Origin: Reclinomonas americana ATCC 50394
Taxonomy: Eukaryota
Assembly: GCA_048213135.1 (NCBI GenBank)
Contig: AFZH01018780.1
Span: 1-32,935 of the forward strand
DNA: 32,935 bases
Direction: 5' to 3'
Every line of letters begins with the position of its first letter. The stretch's first letter is position 1. The position numbers and the translations under genes were made by a program. Shown here one piece after another: positions 11,401-24,700 of this stretch. Below the pieces are notes generated by a model. That model had not been told where the DNA came from. It saw only the letters and a program-made list of their open reading frames with translations, and ran no database searches.

Positions 11401-14400
11401 TCCTTCCGTGACTCGAAACTCACCGAGTTGCGTTGCCTACAGCACGTTTGTGCCCCCAAGTCGTTCTGTGGATTCCTCACTCAGCGTCTCGCAGGATGCT
11501 CCAAGAATCGCTGGGAGAGAACAGCAAGACCATTATGATTGCCACCATCTCGCCAACGTCCGCGTGTTACGAGGAATCGGTTTCCACTCTCGAGTTGCGT
11601 GCCACAGAAATCGAGCTTGCGCCACCCGTTCCCTCACCCTCGATGCCCATCCAGGTTCTCAAAAACCGTGTCCACCGTCAAAGTCAAGGCCGTGAAGCAG
11701 CAGCGTACCGACGCCGAGTTGAAGCGGATTGCAGAGGGTGAGATTTCCATCCGTTCATCCTCCGTGCACTGTCCTCAGCATCGTCACCCCCCTTTGCGCA
11801 GAGTCACAAGCGCGTATCGTCGAGCTGCAAGAGGAGCTCGGTGAGTGTCACGATCATCGACTCGAAAGTATCTGGCGTCTGACCGTGTTGCTTTCTCTCT
11901 CTCTCGTGCAGCGCGCAAGGACGAGATGAACTCGGCCATGTTGCAGGACCTGCAAGACGAGCTCGAGGAGAAGCTGCGCCTCATCGAGGAAATGACGCAG
12001 ACATTCAACGAACGCCACCAGCACAGCAAGGTCCTCGACGCGCAGCGTGCAGCGTACTTGCGGGTGCGTTTTTTTTGCTCTTGAATTTGCTTCATCGTGC
12101 TGGGCGTCTGATCGCCTCCTGCCATAGGAAATGGGCATCACGCTGAGTGAGCTCCCGCCAGAAGTGCCACGCATCGTCAACATGAGTGAAGATCCGTTCC
12201 TGGATGGCCGCCTTCAGTACGGCATCAATCCGGGCGAGTCGCTGATTGTCGGACGCCTCGACGAGTCCGCCTCTACGGTGCGCAGTTGTTGTGTGTATTG
12301 TTGATTTACTCGCCGTCTGCTCACCCTCCACGAGCAGCAATCACACGCCAACATTGTGCTGGTGGGTGCCAGCGTCGATCACAAGCACTGCATACTGGAG
12401 AACGTGGGTGCGTATCTCGTTCGGCGAAATTCTTCGGTGGCTGCCCGCCCCCACGCTCGTCTCATCAATGCTTGTGTCCATAGGCGGTCAAGTGTGGCTC
12501 ACGCCACTGACCACCGATGCGAGATATCAGACGTTTGTGAATGGTGCCGAAGTGCGAGAGCGCACCGAGTTGACTCAGGTGCGAAACAGAGGACGATGTG
12601 TCATGCATTTTGTATTTATCGCATTTCGTTGTCCCTTCGGTGTCTGTGTGTACGTGTGTCCCTGACCCTCTTCCTCTTTTTAATCACGGTGGAACACAGG
12701 ACTCGCGCATCTGGATCGGCTCAAGCCACCTGTTCCGTTTCGAAGATCCCACATGCGGTGCTCCCTCAGAAGAAATCACGTACCGATTTGCGTACATGGT
12801 GAGTCTGTCTCCGCCCTTTGAGCCTGGGCAAACCCCGTCGCTGATCACATCGCCGTCTCGTAGGAACTGCTCAAGAACCAGGGCTACCGTGACCCGGAGG
12901 AAGTCAAGCGTGAGGTGGCACGCAACACCGCGCGCGTTCGCAAGCGCTTGGAAGCCAAATTCCAGAAGGAGCGCGAGCAGGCCCAGCACGAACGTGTTGA
13001 GCTCGAGCGTGAGGTGAGTAATGGTTGAACAAGGGCGACCGTTACTGGTAGACTTTCCTTATATCTTCTCTCTTGCCGGTTGTCTTTCCTTCGTCTTCTC
13101 CTATTCTTCTTTCCCACTCCATTTTCCCCTCTTCAATTCCTTCCCGTTCTTTCTCCTCGTCGACTTTCTTTTCCTCCTTCCGGTCGACCCTCTGTCTCTC
13201 TTCCTTCACTTCCACCTCCTTCTCCACCCTTTCCTCCCTTTTCCTCCCTTCTCCTCCTTTCTCTTCCCTTTTCCTCCCTCCTCCTCCCTTCTCCTTCACT
13301 TCCACCTCCTTCTCCTCCCTTCTCCTCCTTCTCCTCCCTTCTCCTCCCTTCTTCTTCACTTGCACCTCCTTCTCCACCCTTTTCCTCCTCTCTCCTCCCT
13401 CCTCCTCCCTTCTCCTTCACTTCCCCTCCCTTCCCCTCCTTTCTCCTCCCTTCGCCTCTTACTCAATCCCCTCCCTCATCCTTCCGCAGATGCAACAACG
13501 CTATGAGGAACGCATACGCCAAGTGCAGGAAGACATTCCAGCTGTGGTACGTTGTCTTGCTCCTCCTTTCTCCTTTCCTCCGTGAGTGACATTGGTGCCT
13601 CGCAGCATGCCGCCCGACGGGAGCTGGAATTGGAGCGCGAGCGTTTGGCGCGCAAGAACCAAGAACTGGAGCAGCAGATCGCCGCTGCTCTCCAGGTCAG
13701 CGTGATTCGAGAGGAGCAGCGCGCACAGGAGGAGATTCACAGAATACGACTGGACAACAAGCTCACGGCGGTGCGCGTGCCTGAGCTCGTCCGCTTCCCA
13801 CATGGCTTCCCCGATACTCACTCCATTTCTGTGTGCCTGCCACGTGCAGCTCCTGCCGCTCGTTCGGCAGGCCAACCTCATTGCCGAAGATCTCAAGCGG
13901 CCTGTCGCATTCAACGGCGTGCTTAGAAGGCGCCCGGAAGCCATTGCACGGCTGGTGCGCGACGATGTCGGCACATTCCAGTCCGATGTTCGTCACTCTC
14001 CACTTGTCTCATTCTCACCCCCGACCTGGCTGACCACACACTTGTGCACACAGGTGGACGCCATGGTAGAGGTGCGCTCGCTGTGGAACTCCACGGTGGC
14101 GCATTGGGATTTTGAGAGTTTCCGTGATCGCTTTGCGGTCATGGATCAAGTTTATCGCGACGTGCACGAGGCCTTGCAGAAGCACTCGGTTTGTTGCCTC
14201 GCGCCCCCTTCTCTCTCTTGGCGTACATGCGTGTGACACTGGCGAGGTGCTGTGCAGACGTACGAGCTTCCGTTGGAGGACGACCCTTTTATTGTTAGAG
14301 CTGAGCGACAGCTTATCGGCTTTGCTCCCCTTTACCTCATGTCGCTGCGCATGGGTGTCGGTGTCAACGACGACACGGATCCACCCGACGAGGAATCCGG

Positions 14401-15838
14401 CGACGGCATCCTGCCCATCATGTCCGATCAGAGTGGCACGCAGGACCTCGGGCACATTGCTTATGTCTTGTGCGTGTTGCTGCTTGCTAATTGAGACCAA
14501 CATCACCTCACTCCCTATTGTGACAGAAAATGTGACTACGACCCGCTGGCATCGATGGATTCGGATGCCTCGGATTTCGAGCCACAGCCGGTGCCCATCG
14601 GCACCGAGCTCAAGTTTTCCATTACCATTCTGTGCGCCCGCAACCTGCCGACCAGCCTCGCCACCGACGTGTACTGCTCATTCAGACTACATCGCGATCC
14701 GCGCGAGAATCGCACCAAGGTGACGTGGTGTTCTGATCGCCCTCCTGAGAGTAGTTGGATTCCTTACACACACATATATGCACGCAGACGGTGGAGGGCG
14801 CCAATCGCAACCCACGTTTTGGCGACACGTTTAATTTTGCCATTGTGATGACCGAGGACATGTCGGAGTACATGATGAACGGCGTCGTCAATGTGCAAGT
14901 GTGGGGCAAGTCTCCGTCGGACACGGCGAAACTTCCGCTGCCCATTCGTGTCGGCTACTCTCCAACGTCGCCAGCACCGACTGTGCGTGGCCTCGGCAAC
15001 GCGTCGGCAGTGACCAATAGTTGCGTGCTAAGAGTCACCATTCCATTCCTTCCCTCTGACGGGAGCTCACGCGTCTCATCACAGTTGCTGCCGCTGCCGC
15101 CGCCGCTGCGACCACACCGCGGTCCATGGCGTCACCACGAGGTTTGTGGTCATGTCTGTGCCTTGCGCATGCCCCTGCTTGGCTGACTCTTTGTGTGTGT
15201 TCGCGTAGCGGTGGCGTCCATGGTCGACAGTCTGCGAAGTGAGCGCACCGATCTGCGTGCCGAAGTGGAGAGGTTACAAAAGGCGCTGGAGAACCGCAAC
15301 GCCGGTCCGTCAAACGACTTGACCATGGAGCTCGTGCGCGGCAGTCAAGAGCGGATGAAGGTGCTGTGGTGTCCTCTTCTTTTCTCTCTCTCTCTCTCTC
15401 TCGATCTCTTGGGCACTGACACCGTCAATCGCGCCACAGTTGCAAACGGAGGTGACGGCCGCACGACAGGCACTACAAAAGGCGCAGCGGCAGATTGTCG
15501 ATCGGGATGAGGAGGCCGAGGAGTTGCGCTCGCGTATTCGACGGTTGGAGAAGGAGGCACAGACGGCCGTTCGTGAGCGACACACGCTGCAACGAGAGCT
15601 GCAGAGCAAGGATGCCGCGCTCACCGAACTGCAGGACTCGCACCGTACTCTGCAGGTTTGTGCGCTGTTGTTCTTGCAGAACCGAGCTCGCTCTCTCTCA
15701 CCGCTGCGCACGGCATCACAGACGAGGCACGATCAAATGACTCAAGAGTTGACTGCTCTCCGCACTCGTTCCTCCACTGCCGTCACACCCGGTAACACGA
15801 CTCCCACTGGCAACAGCGGCTGCTGCGTTGTCTTGTAA
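8415..15838 (+). CDS. Kinesin-3 family motor (KIF28/KIF13-like): SP-rich N-terminal extension, motor, FHA, coiled coil, C2 domain, coiled coil, C-terminal CCVVL; ~30 introns
   Basis: IKVAVRVRPFN, YNYAYWSH, GYNSTLFAYGQ|SGSGKSFSM (P-loop), NLESSRAH (switch I), INLVDLAGSER (switch II), INLSLMTLG, FRDSKLT, LGENSKTIMIATISP. Kinesin-3 PRIVNMSEDPFL followed by FHA (IVGR...HCILEN...TFVNG...RIWIGSSHLFRF). C2-like FSITILCARNLP...NPRFGDTFNF...VQVWGK. Confidence 0.93.
9170..9965. repeat. Diverged intronic tandem repeat (~164-bp units with ~82-bp sub-periodicity) in kinesin intron 2
   Basis: TTGTGAGATAGACTCGT at 9232, 9396 and 9557. TGCACTTGCGAG-like motif at ~9179, 9342, 9507, 9645, 9730, 9813 and 9939. 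Confidence 0.85.
13190..13470. repeat. Low-complexity polypyrimidine (CT-rich) intronic tract with internal repeats
   Basis: Almost only C/T on the + strand, with TTCACTTCCACCTCCTTCTCC-like units recurring (~13205, 13296, 13355); lies inside kinesin intron 13014..13489. Confidence 0.85.
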
Positions 15839-15940
15839 TGTAAGCGGATTTATCATGCGTTTCCTTTTTCTCTCCCCACCCCGCGTCTTGTACAACGAAA
15901 TGTTCATTAACCAACTTCCCGCCGAGGGGGCACACGCTCG

Positions 15941-17064
15941 TCATGAGACGCCTGGTGCCGAGTCGCCAAACTGCTCTCGTATGTCCTCAAGCGTCTCGGT
16001 GGAGGCCGCATCGGTGGGAAAGCGCGCCTGGATCACAGGTCGCACATCTTCTGCCTTGTCCAGCTCGTGCAGGAACGGCAGCAGATCCATCAGCGAGTAC
16101 GATTCGTCAATCTGCATGTACACGAGCGGTCAGAGGCAGGTCACCGCAAGTTCGTTTGAAAAACACACACACGCGCAACTTCGCCCCAGTAGTCTGGCAC
16201 CAGAATGGCATTCTCCGGCTGCAGCGCCGACGACAGCGGTGAGTTGTCGACCAGCACGGTGCGCCGGAGATCTCGCCCGAGAATGTGCAGGTTTTTCACA
16301 AAGTACGGGTGGCCACTGCACGCGGGCGATGAGCGAGGAATAGAGAGGAAGGAGACAGCGGGGGGCAAGAGAGACCTGGTGCATTCGCGAAACAAACAGG
16401 CTCGAAAGATGCGCGACTTCTTGTCAATGAGGGAGACCGCCTCGGCGCCATACGCCGAGTCCGACGCCGTAAACAGAATCGGCTCGGCAAACTCGTTCAC
16501 AGCCTCCAAAAACGCAATCGCGTGCTTGCGGACCCATATCTTGACCGGCTCCTCGCGCTGCATCGCAGCAGAATCGTCAGCACAAGAGCACACACATGAA
16601 GGCCCGCCACACGCACGTTACTGAATGAGTCGCGGACAAACACCTGCGCATCGGGCTTGCGCATGGTGGCGGGCACTGGATGGTGCAAGTAGCGTGCATG
16701 CAGCAGCGTTTCGTCGAGATCCAGCACCACACACAGACGCCCGCGGTCGCTCGGTGCCTGTCATCACGATTGAGCGCAGTGAGGGGAAAGAGCGAGAGGA
16801 GGATGAGTGGCTGCTCACCTGTGGCGCCAGCATGTGATCGGAATGCGCAAACGATGGCGCGTCATACATGCGTCGCCATGAGGATGAAGGCGGTGACTTT
16901 GAAGACGAAGATGCCGATGCTGTGGAGGATGAGAAGAGTGACAGTGATGGAGGCCTTCTGCTAATGAGCGGCGCGTTGTTGTTGTTGTTGTTGTTGTTGC
17001 ACAGTGAATGTCGTAATCTTATGAGTGACCAAGGCGGCTGCAGCGGTCTTCGCACACACAGCAT
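15941..17064 (-). CDS. FCP1/SCP (NIF-domain) HAD-family CTD small phosphatase-like protein, 4 introns
   Basis: LCVVLDLDETLLHA (DxDxT), IWVRKHAIAFL, ILFTASDSAYG, LFRECT, YFVKNLHILGRDLRRTVLVDNSP, QPENAILVPDYWG, LMDLLPFLHEL..AEDVRPVI. The start ATG at 17064 is tentative. Confidence 0.9.
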
Positions 17065-17537
17065 TGCTGCTGCACACAATCACAAGAAGAGAAGAAGACA
17101 TCAACAACGGGAAATTGCGCGTGTGTGTGAGTGTGTGTGCGTGTGTCTCATCAGCCTCACTGGGTGTCGTGAGAGTCAGAGGAGATGTGCGCGAGGGGTG
17201 AGTGCATGCGTGTGTGCGAGAGAGAGAAAGGAGAGAGAGTGAGTGTCGCGAGAAGTCGCACTGATGTGGTGCGTGGAGAGCATGCTAAGCGCATCATCAC
17301 CAGAGTAAAGGTGAGAGAGACATGTGTGATTGTGTGTGGAGAGAGAGACAGGGAGAGAGGAAGGTGTGTCTTCTCACCCACACGTCGATTGAAGCAACGT
17401 CTTGTGTCCTGCCACTCTCAATTCCCTTTCCCCCCTCCTATCCCCCTTCCCAACCTTGCCCGTCGCACGCGCATTACACACATGTCGCTGCACGTTTACT
17501 GCGCAACGGCAAGCAAAAGGAGCCTCGACCACACATA

Positions 17538-18313
17538 TCACTGGAACGGGCAGTCGACGGAGAAAAAGTCGGCGGGCCAGTCGGCGACCTGCGCCGGCTT
17601 GTACGACGAGTAGTACACCGAGTCCTGCACGTGCTGGAAGACCCCACTGCTGGCCTCGTTGCCCTCGTAACGATACATGGCCAGTCGATTGGTGTCGGCC
17701 TCGAGCAGCACCGTGTACGTCGAATTGGTGCGGTTTGGCGGATCATCCGGCGGCTGATACGTGTACACGTCTACGGTGCCGACGACTGGCGGGAACGCGC
17801 CGGTGCGCTGGTACGCAAAGATCTTTTGCAGCACGTCGGGCGCGTTCGGGAAGAAGCTGGACTCGGGCTCAAATGTCGCACACTTGCGCTGCATAAAGTC
17901 CATCTCGATGGCGTGCCGAGTGCGAAAATTGTCGACCACGCGCACCGTGCCCATATACGCGGCAATGTCGGAGCGCGTGCACAGCAGCGCAGTCGACGAG
18001 TACGTCCACCCGACCACCTCCGACGACAAGTTCGTCGTGTACTCTACACTGTATGGTGAGGAGGCAACACAGAGAGAGTGGGGAGTGGCGAGAGATGCGT
18101 ACCGTGACGCTGCTCGACAAAGGCGGCGCTGAACTCGGCATCGGTCAGTGGCGGTGTCTTGCCGACTTGACATGAAGAACACGCATTGTCAGTGATGCAC
18201 CAAAGAATGACGTGATGGTGATACGCACCCACAAGCAGCGCACTGAGCAGGCACAGGGCGATGAGCAGAGACAGCGCGGTCGCCGCGGTCATTTGCGAGT
18301 CAAGTTGGTTCAT
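17538..18313 (-). CDS. Secreted ~230-aa protein, ependymin-related/LolA-fold-like, 2 introns
   Basis: Signal peptide (ALSLLIALCLLSALLV), PPL..EFSAAF, a beta-rich body (RSD..., KC), an N-glycosylation sequon region NRTNST, and C-terminal PADFFSVDCP resembling the F-x-x-P/C end of ependymin-like proteins. The family call is by pattern only. Confidence 0.55.
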
Positions 18314-18775
18314 TGTTTCGGCTTGTCAATCACAGACAGACACACTCATTGCTGAGCGTGTTGCAGGTACGTCGTCGACGATGCTTCTGTGTGTGTGAGC
18401 GTGTGTGCCTCTGTGAGTGGTTTGTGTGTGTGTGCGGCACGTTCGTTGATGCCAAGTGAGAGCATTCGGAGTCGACTCCGCCGCACGAAGTGAGCATTGC
18501 TCGCTCGCTTTGTCGGGATGCACCTCCTCTCTTGTTCTTCCTTTACACGTCGTCACACCGCCGAGGCGAGCACCCACTCGATATCTGCATTCTGTGTGTG
18601 TGTGTGTGTTCCCGCGCGCGCGTGCTCGTCTTGTCTCTGCGTGCACGCCATTGCCACTCGCTCCTCTCTGTGTGACTCTCGCTTCTGTGTGTACGTGCGT
18701 GTGCGCATCGGTGTTCTGTGAGGAAAGCTCTCTCGATCTCGTGTCATCATCTCGCGCGCGTGATTATTGGCGCCA

Positions 18776-21700
18776 ATGGCCGACGGCATTGCTCAGTTCC
18801 GCCAGCTGGCGCATCGCTTCCTGCAGGGTGCTGGCGACGACGGTGGCGATTCTGACTTTGTCTCTGCACTTCTCGGCGGCGACAAGAGCGACAAGTGGAA
18901 TCGGCGACGCAAGAAGTTGTCGTTGCAGATGACGAGTGCGAGCAGTCGTGCGGCGTCGTATGATCCGGAGGGCATTGGGCGCTCGCAGGCGTTGCCGTAC
19001 GCGGCGGCGCTGCATGCGGAGCGTCACGAGTACCTCCAACGCGTGTTGACCAGTGTGCGAGCCGACTACAAACCCGGCTCTGGTGAGCTGCCTTCGTCCA
19101 CCTGGAGCACCTGATCGCTTCTCACAGCGGGTGCACGCAGACTCCATCAACGTGTACGACGCGCTGCGCAGCTGCCGCAGTTTGGAGCGCTACCTCAACT
19201 GGAACTACAAGCTGAGCGACGAAGATCGGGTGCTGCTGCTCAACTACTATGTGCATGCATCGCTCGTGCCCGAGATCGACTCGTACATCATGTGCCGTTT
19301 CTTGAAGATGGTCACTCGCCTGCTCAAGTTGCGTGAAAGTGCACCTCATTTGGAGAGCAATGACAGTGCTTGCTTGGTGGCTCACACGACCACGCGCAGG
19401 CCGGAACGACTCACCGGCTTTGTGATGCCGTGGCGACCGTTCTTTGATCGCATTGTGAAGGATTTCCTGTTGCCTGTGCGCATTTCGGAGATTGCTCACA
19501 GATATGTCGCCTCCACCTCCGCCAACTACCTCGCTCCTCCTGAGTCGCGTCTCGCTCATCACATTATTTCATTCGCGCGCACAGCGACGTCCAAGAGCAT
19601 TGGCAGCTGGCTGGTCGAGGTCGTGCAAATGTCAAGGCGCTTCTTCGCCCCCGAGGCGTCGGAAGAGATTCTCGACCAGTGTCGCCAGTGGCTGTGCCCC
19701 ACCGACATGAATTGCTCGCTGGCGGTGGTGCGCTTGTGTTTGTGTGTCTGTACGCTCTCTCCAGGTCGCTCGCCTCGGTCTCATAGTGGTGACAGGCTGT
19801 GCTCGGCGCCTTCTTGCCGCCGAACCCGCCCAACCCCGCCAAGATTGTCGACGAGCTGATGGAGCTGTGGGCGTGGGATGGTGTGTTGGTGCTTGTGAGC
19901 GTTGCGTGTGGAGGAGGATGCGGGAGCTGATTGTGCTGGCGCCCGGCGCAGGTCACGATAACTTTTGGGACGCCAACTTTTTCATGATCTTCGGTCGCAT
20001 GTCGAACCACTGCGGTGACCAGATCAACTGGTCCAAGTACTTGGACCTGATCTTCACCAAGCTGATGGCGATTCTCGGTGTGTACAGAGAGAGAGAGAGC
20101 TCTCGATGTGTCGCTCGCTGACCCAGAGTGAACAGATTTGCGTATCGGCACGCTGCCCGACACGGTGGCTCGCAACCCAGCGCACAGCCTCTGCAGCATC
20201 TTCATGCAAGTGCAGGATGCCGCAGTTGCGCCTGCCTGATGTTGCGCACGTGCATGTCGGCCATGCCCTCACACGCCGATTGTCATTCCCCGTCGCAGAA
20301 TGTGGCCATTCGCAGCGGCGCCTCGCTGCTGGTGCATCTGTTGTCGCCGCAGGACCCGGCCGGTCTTGTCTTCTTGCGCCGATTCATCAACTCGGTGGAA
20401 GTGTGCGTCCCCACCTCGGCTTTGTGACGGAAGGTCGTGCGTCTGCTCACCTTGTCGCTGCGCCAGATTCTACCATCCCGCACAGACGGCCGGCTCGTAC
20501 GGCAATCTCATGTCGCTGATGGACGGGCTGTGTCTGCGCTTCTCCGATCGCTTGCTGGAAGGTTACGATGATGTTGGTGTTGCTGTTGCTGAGAGAAAAG
20601 GAGTCGCTGATTCGGCAGTGCTCTTCTTCCTCCACCCCCGCAGAGAGTGAAGGCCGTGCTGTGTACAGCTCGTCGCTGTTCTTGGAGGTTTGCTCGCAGA
20701 ACCCGAAAGTCTCAATGTTGTTGACTTGGTGCCTCTTCTGACGCTGGTGCTTTTCACAGGCATCGCACAAGGAGGAGTTTGTGCGCATTGTGTTGCCGCT
20801 GCTGCTCAAGTCCATGTACTCGAAGAACGGAAGCATGCGCAAGTTTGCGCAGCAGGGATTCAAGTATATTTCCTGTTGCGTCCTCCACTTTGTTGGTTTT
20901 TTTACTTTTATCCTGCGGTGGCATCGCTGAACGAGGGAGCGCGCCTGCGCAGTCATTGCACCCGAACTAACATTCCCGGCATTCATGGAGAACATCACGG
21001 GGTCGCTCGAGACGCTTACCGAGGTACTTTCGCGTCTTGTCCTGCTCTGGTGCCGCACGTGTGTGTGTGTGTGTGTGTTGACTTGGCATGAATGAAGGTA
21101 CACCGCGCGCCCGCTGCCTTCAACGTGTGCGGGCAAATGTACCGCAGCTTGGCCGCTGGTCCACCCGGACCGGCAGCCATACGATTGCTGTCGATCTTGC
21201 CGCACTTGCCGGGCTCGCTCATGGCCAGCAACATGTCCAAGTCGAACTCGGTGATTCGCTTCGCCTCAGGTACGTGTGCATCGCGTTCGTCGATCACGTG
21301 ACCGTCCTGCGGCATCCTCATTGGTTTTGTCAGGACTGTTGAGCATCGTGCCCATGCTTCCGTGCGATTCGTCGCATCCGGACTTGTTGCAGCTTCCCGA
21401 GGAGCACAGGTAACGTCCACGATCGGGAACGTGAGAAACTGGGTGGATGGGTGAGCTGACGATGGCGCAGGGAGGCGATTGTTCTGCTCTCGGCCAACTG
21501 GGAGGAGTGGTCATTCTCGCTCTTTAACAGCCTGATGGAGTTTGTTGCGTGCGACTTCGATGCTACTTGCCAGACATGCGACACGCAGCCTCACTTCCCG
21601 AGCGTGCAGATCAAGAATGTGTTGCCACCAAAGAAGGGCGACGTCGTGGTTGGTCCGCGGTGTCAGGTGAGAGTCGTTATTGTTGTGAATGTGGATGAGC

Positions 21701-24700
21701 GCCGTGTCCTGACGTACATTGGATCCCCCCAGCTGCTGGTCAAGCTGCTGCTGTCGCACACCACGGAGGCGGTGGCCGAGCGATTGGTGCGCCACGTGTT
21801 TGACAAACTGTCGGCGGCCATCAACATGGACATTGTCACCACGGCTTCGATCATTGTCGGTCTGGTGGCCTCGGTGCGCAGTGCGGCCACACTGCGCCTG
21901 TTCGTGGAGCACGCTCATTCGCTGTTGGTACGACGCACGGCAAGTGGTCTCGCTCCGAACCACGCGACGGAGAGTGAGTTCATGTGGAATCTGGAGATCC
22001 TCGCCGACTGTGTGTCGCCCACCGGTGCAGCTGCGCTCCCTCATGCGTGCGTCCTTGTTGGTTTTCGGGTCGCCACTTCCAAAACTCCTCAAATTTCTCA
22101 TTTCCCTTGCACAGCCGCAAGATCATGGAGATTGTCGAGGCTTGCTCGCAGAGCGACAACCGCAAGATTCGCAGCCGCGCTGCGCGCCTGTGCAAGTCGG
22201 TGCGTGGCTTCTTGACTTGAACACTCCCGCATTCTTTCGTGTTCCGACCTCTCTTCTCCCCCCTTGCAACACAGCTGCTGTGGACGCTGACGACTACCTT
22301 CCCGGTTGAGTGGCGCTGTGTGCCGCCCAGCGTTTTTGAGTCGGCTGGTGAGCGGGAACGCGAGAGTACAACAACAGCAATCGTCGTCGTCGTCGTCAAA
22401 CCACTCACCTATTGTGTGACACACAGATTTCCAGAAGGCGAGCTGGAAGTACTGGGCTCGCACGTACTCGTACGACGAGTTGCAAGTGCAGTGGCACGTG
22501 CCGGTACGCATTCCGTGGTGTATCTACTGCCCAGTGTGGAAGCGTGTGTGTATGGCTAATCGTTATCGCGTACGTGCAGAGCGTGGAGGAGGTCGAGTGC
22601 GCGTGCCAGATTGCCGCCACCGTGGTCGACACCCACCTCGATTTGCTGGACGAGTACATTGTGGAGTTCAGTGTGCTGCCGGGCGGAAGACAGCGCTCAG
22701 TGTCGGCGCCACCAGCAGTGGATAGCAGCGGCGCAGCAGCTGAGGCAGCGCCGCCGTCATCATCCACCCATCTGCAGGTCGAAGCACCCACGTCAAGCCG
22801 CTCACCGAGCGGAGCGTCGTCCGTCACGTGCGTTCGTGCACTTTTGTCTTCCTTCTCTCTTACGTTGTCTCACGTGTGTATTGTAGTGATCGACGAGGTC
22901 GCGCCATCCAGTCGCTTGTCATGCTGCGCGAGGTGTTGCGCGGTGCCAGCATGACCATTCCAGAGTTGCGGTCAGCCGCCGGCGCCGCCACGGCTCCTGA
23001 CGACACACCCGGCATTGGAGACGACGCGGAGGAGATTGACGAGCACACGTGAGTCAGCTGTTTGTCTCGCACTCACGCTTGTATGTGAGGCATGCTGATT
23101 TCACAAATTTGTTGTGTTGCGCAGTCACCCACGCCTCCCGGTAGAGGTTGATCGCGGTCGCCTGAGCATCGCTGAGCATAACCCTGCGCTGCATGGTTTG
23201 TTTGCGATCTTGTCAGCTGACTCTTGATATTCGCTTGCTCACTCTTTCCGACTTGACAACAGCGCGGATCAGCAGCATCCGGCAGCGCGTGGCCGTCACA
23301 TTGCATCACATTTGCTCTGACCTTTCGTCGTCGCTGCGTGACTTCCCGAAACTGTGGACGTCGGTGGCCAAGGTCACGGAAGCGCTGATCACGTACCGCG
23401 GTATTCCGATGCGCTACGCCGCCGCGCTGGACAGCACAGTGCAGTCGCACAAGAGCAACTACTACGATGCGTACCACGAGCGCAACCGCTATCACCGCGC
23501 CGATGCGAGTTGCGTTGGCCTTCCTGCACTGCGTGTGAATCGACAGTGATTCACCACGACCGTTTTTTTCTGTTTCCAGTCGATCGCGTCTACTCGCAGC
23601 ACATGCAGCGCATGCGTGCAGTAACGTGGGCGTCGGTGACACTGGAGAAGGAGTACGATGATTTGCTGGAGGACACCATCAACCTCTGCTTGCACGATTT
23701 CGCCGTTGTGAGGGGGTGAGTGTCGTCCGTCCGTGTGTGTTGCTGTGTTGGTCGTCGTACACAATGGCTGACGGCGTTGTGATGTGCAGAGTGGCGCAAG
23801 AAACGCTGCAGAAAATGTCGCGATTCCTTCCGTCCAAGCGCATCCGTGCCTACTTGCCGCGTTTCTTCCGTGTGCTGTCGAGTCGAGGTTTGCTTTGTGT
23901 GCGCACAGGCGTTTACATCAGGCTTGGGAATCTTACACACTCTTGTATGCACAGAGACCAAGGACGCGCAGCTGAAGGGTGCCATTTTCACGCTGCTGTC
24001 TCCAAGTTTGATTCGCCGCATTTTCGAAAGTTGGACATTCATTCAGTACCTCCTGTTGGCGTTGCTGTCGTCCATGCACATCGAAAAGGTGAGGAGAGAG
24101 TGTGCGTGAGAGAGATAAAGAATGCTGTTGCACGTGTTGACGTGCACCTTTGGCATCGCAGGTGTCCGTACAACGCCTGGTCAACACACTCGTGCACTCG
24201 CTGTTTGGCATGTACGAGATCACCATGTCGGTCATTGCTCGTGAGCGTCTGGCGGGTGGCGGCCCGCTGAGCACAGCCACTCGTTGCGTTGGCTCGCGCA
24301 CCATCATGTGTGCACACCGTGCCGCTGACTCAATTTCTTGTCTTATCGCACAGGCAATGTGGCGGTGTCGCGCATCGATGCAGTGGTTTGTTGTTCACCG
24401 ATCCACACTCCGATTGCTTCCCACATGCTAACCTCGTAACGACGCGCAGATGGACTTCCTGCTGCAGTCGGTGCGTGCTCCGAACCCAGACGCACCGCTG
24501 GTGCCGCCCGACTCCACCACCGATGCCGATCTGCGAGCGGCATATCGTGTGTTCTGCGACGACTACATGGCCGGCAAGTTTCGTTCTTTCCCCCGTCGCA
24601 TCTGTTTGCCATCTCTTTTTGACCTCGTATCTCCATTACAGCATTCCTGTGCATCACTGGAAGTTCCAGCTGGTGGTGGTGGGCTCACTGGCCGCGCTGG

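Noticed and set aside
13021-13589. Leu/Pro/Ser- or Glu/Lys/Gly-rich ORFs in several frames
   Set aside because: Artefacts of the stop-free polypyrimidine intron.
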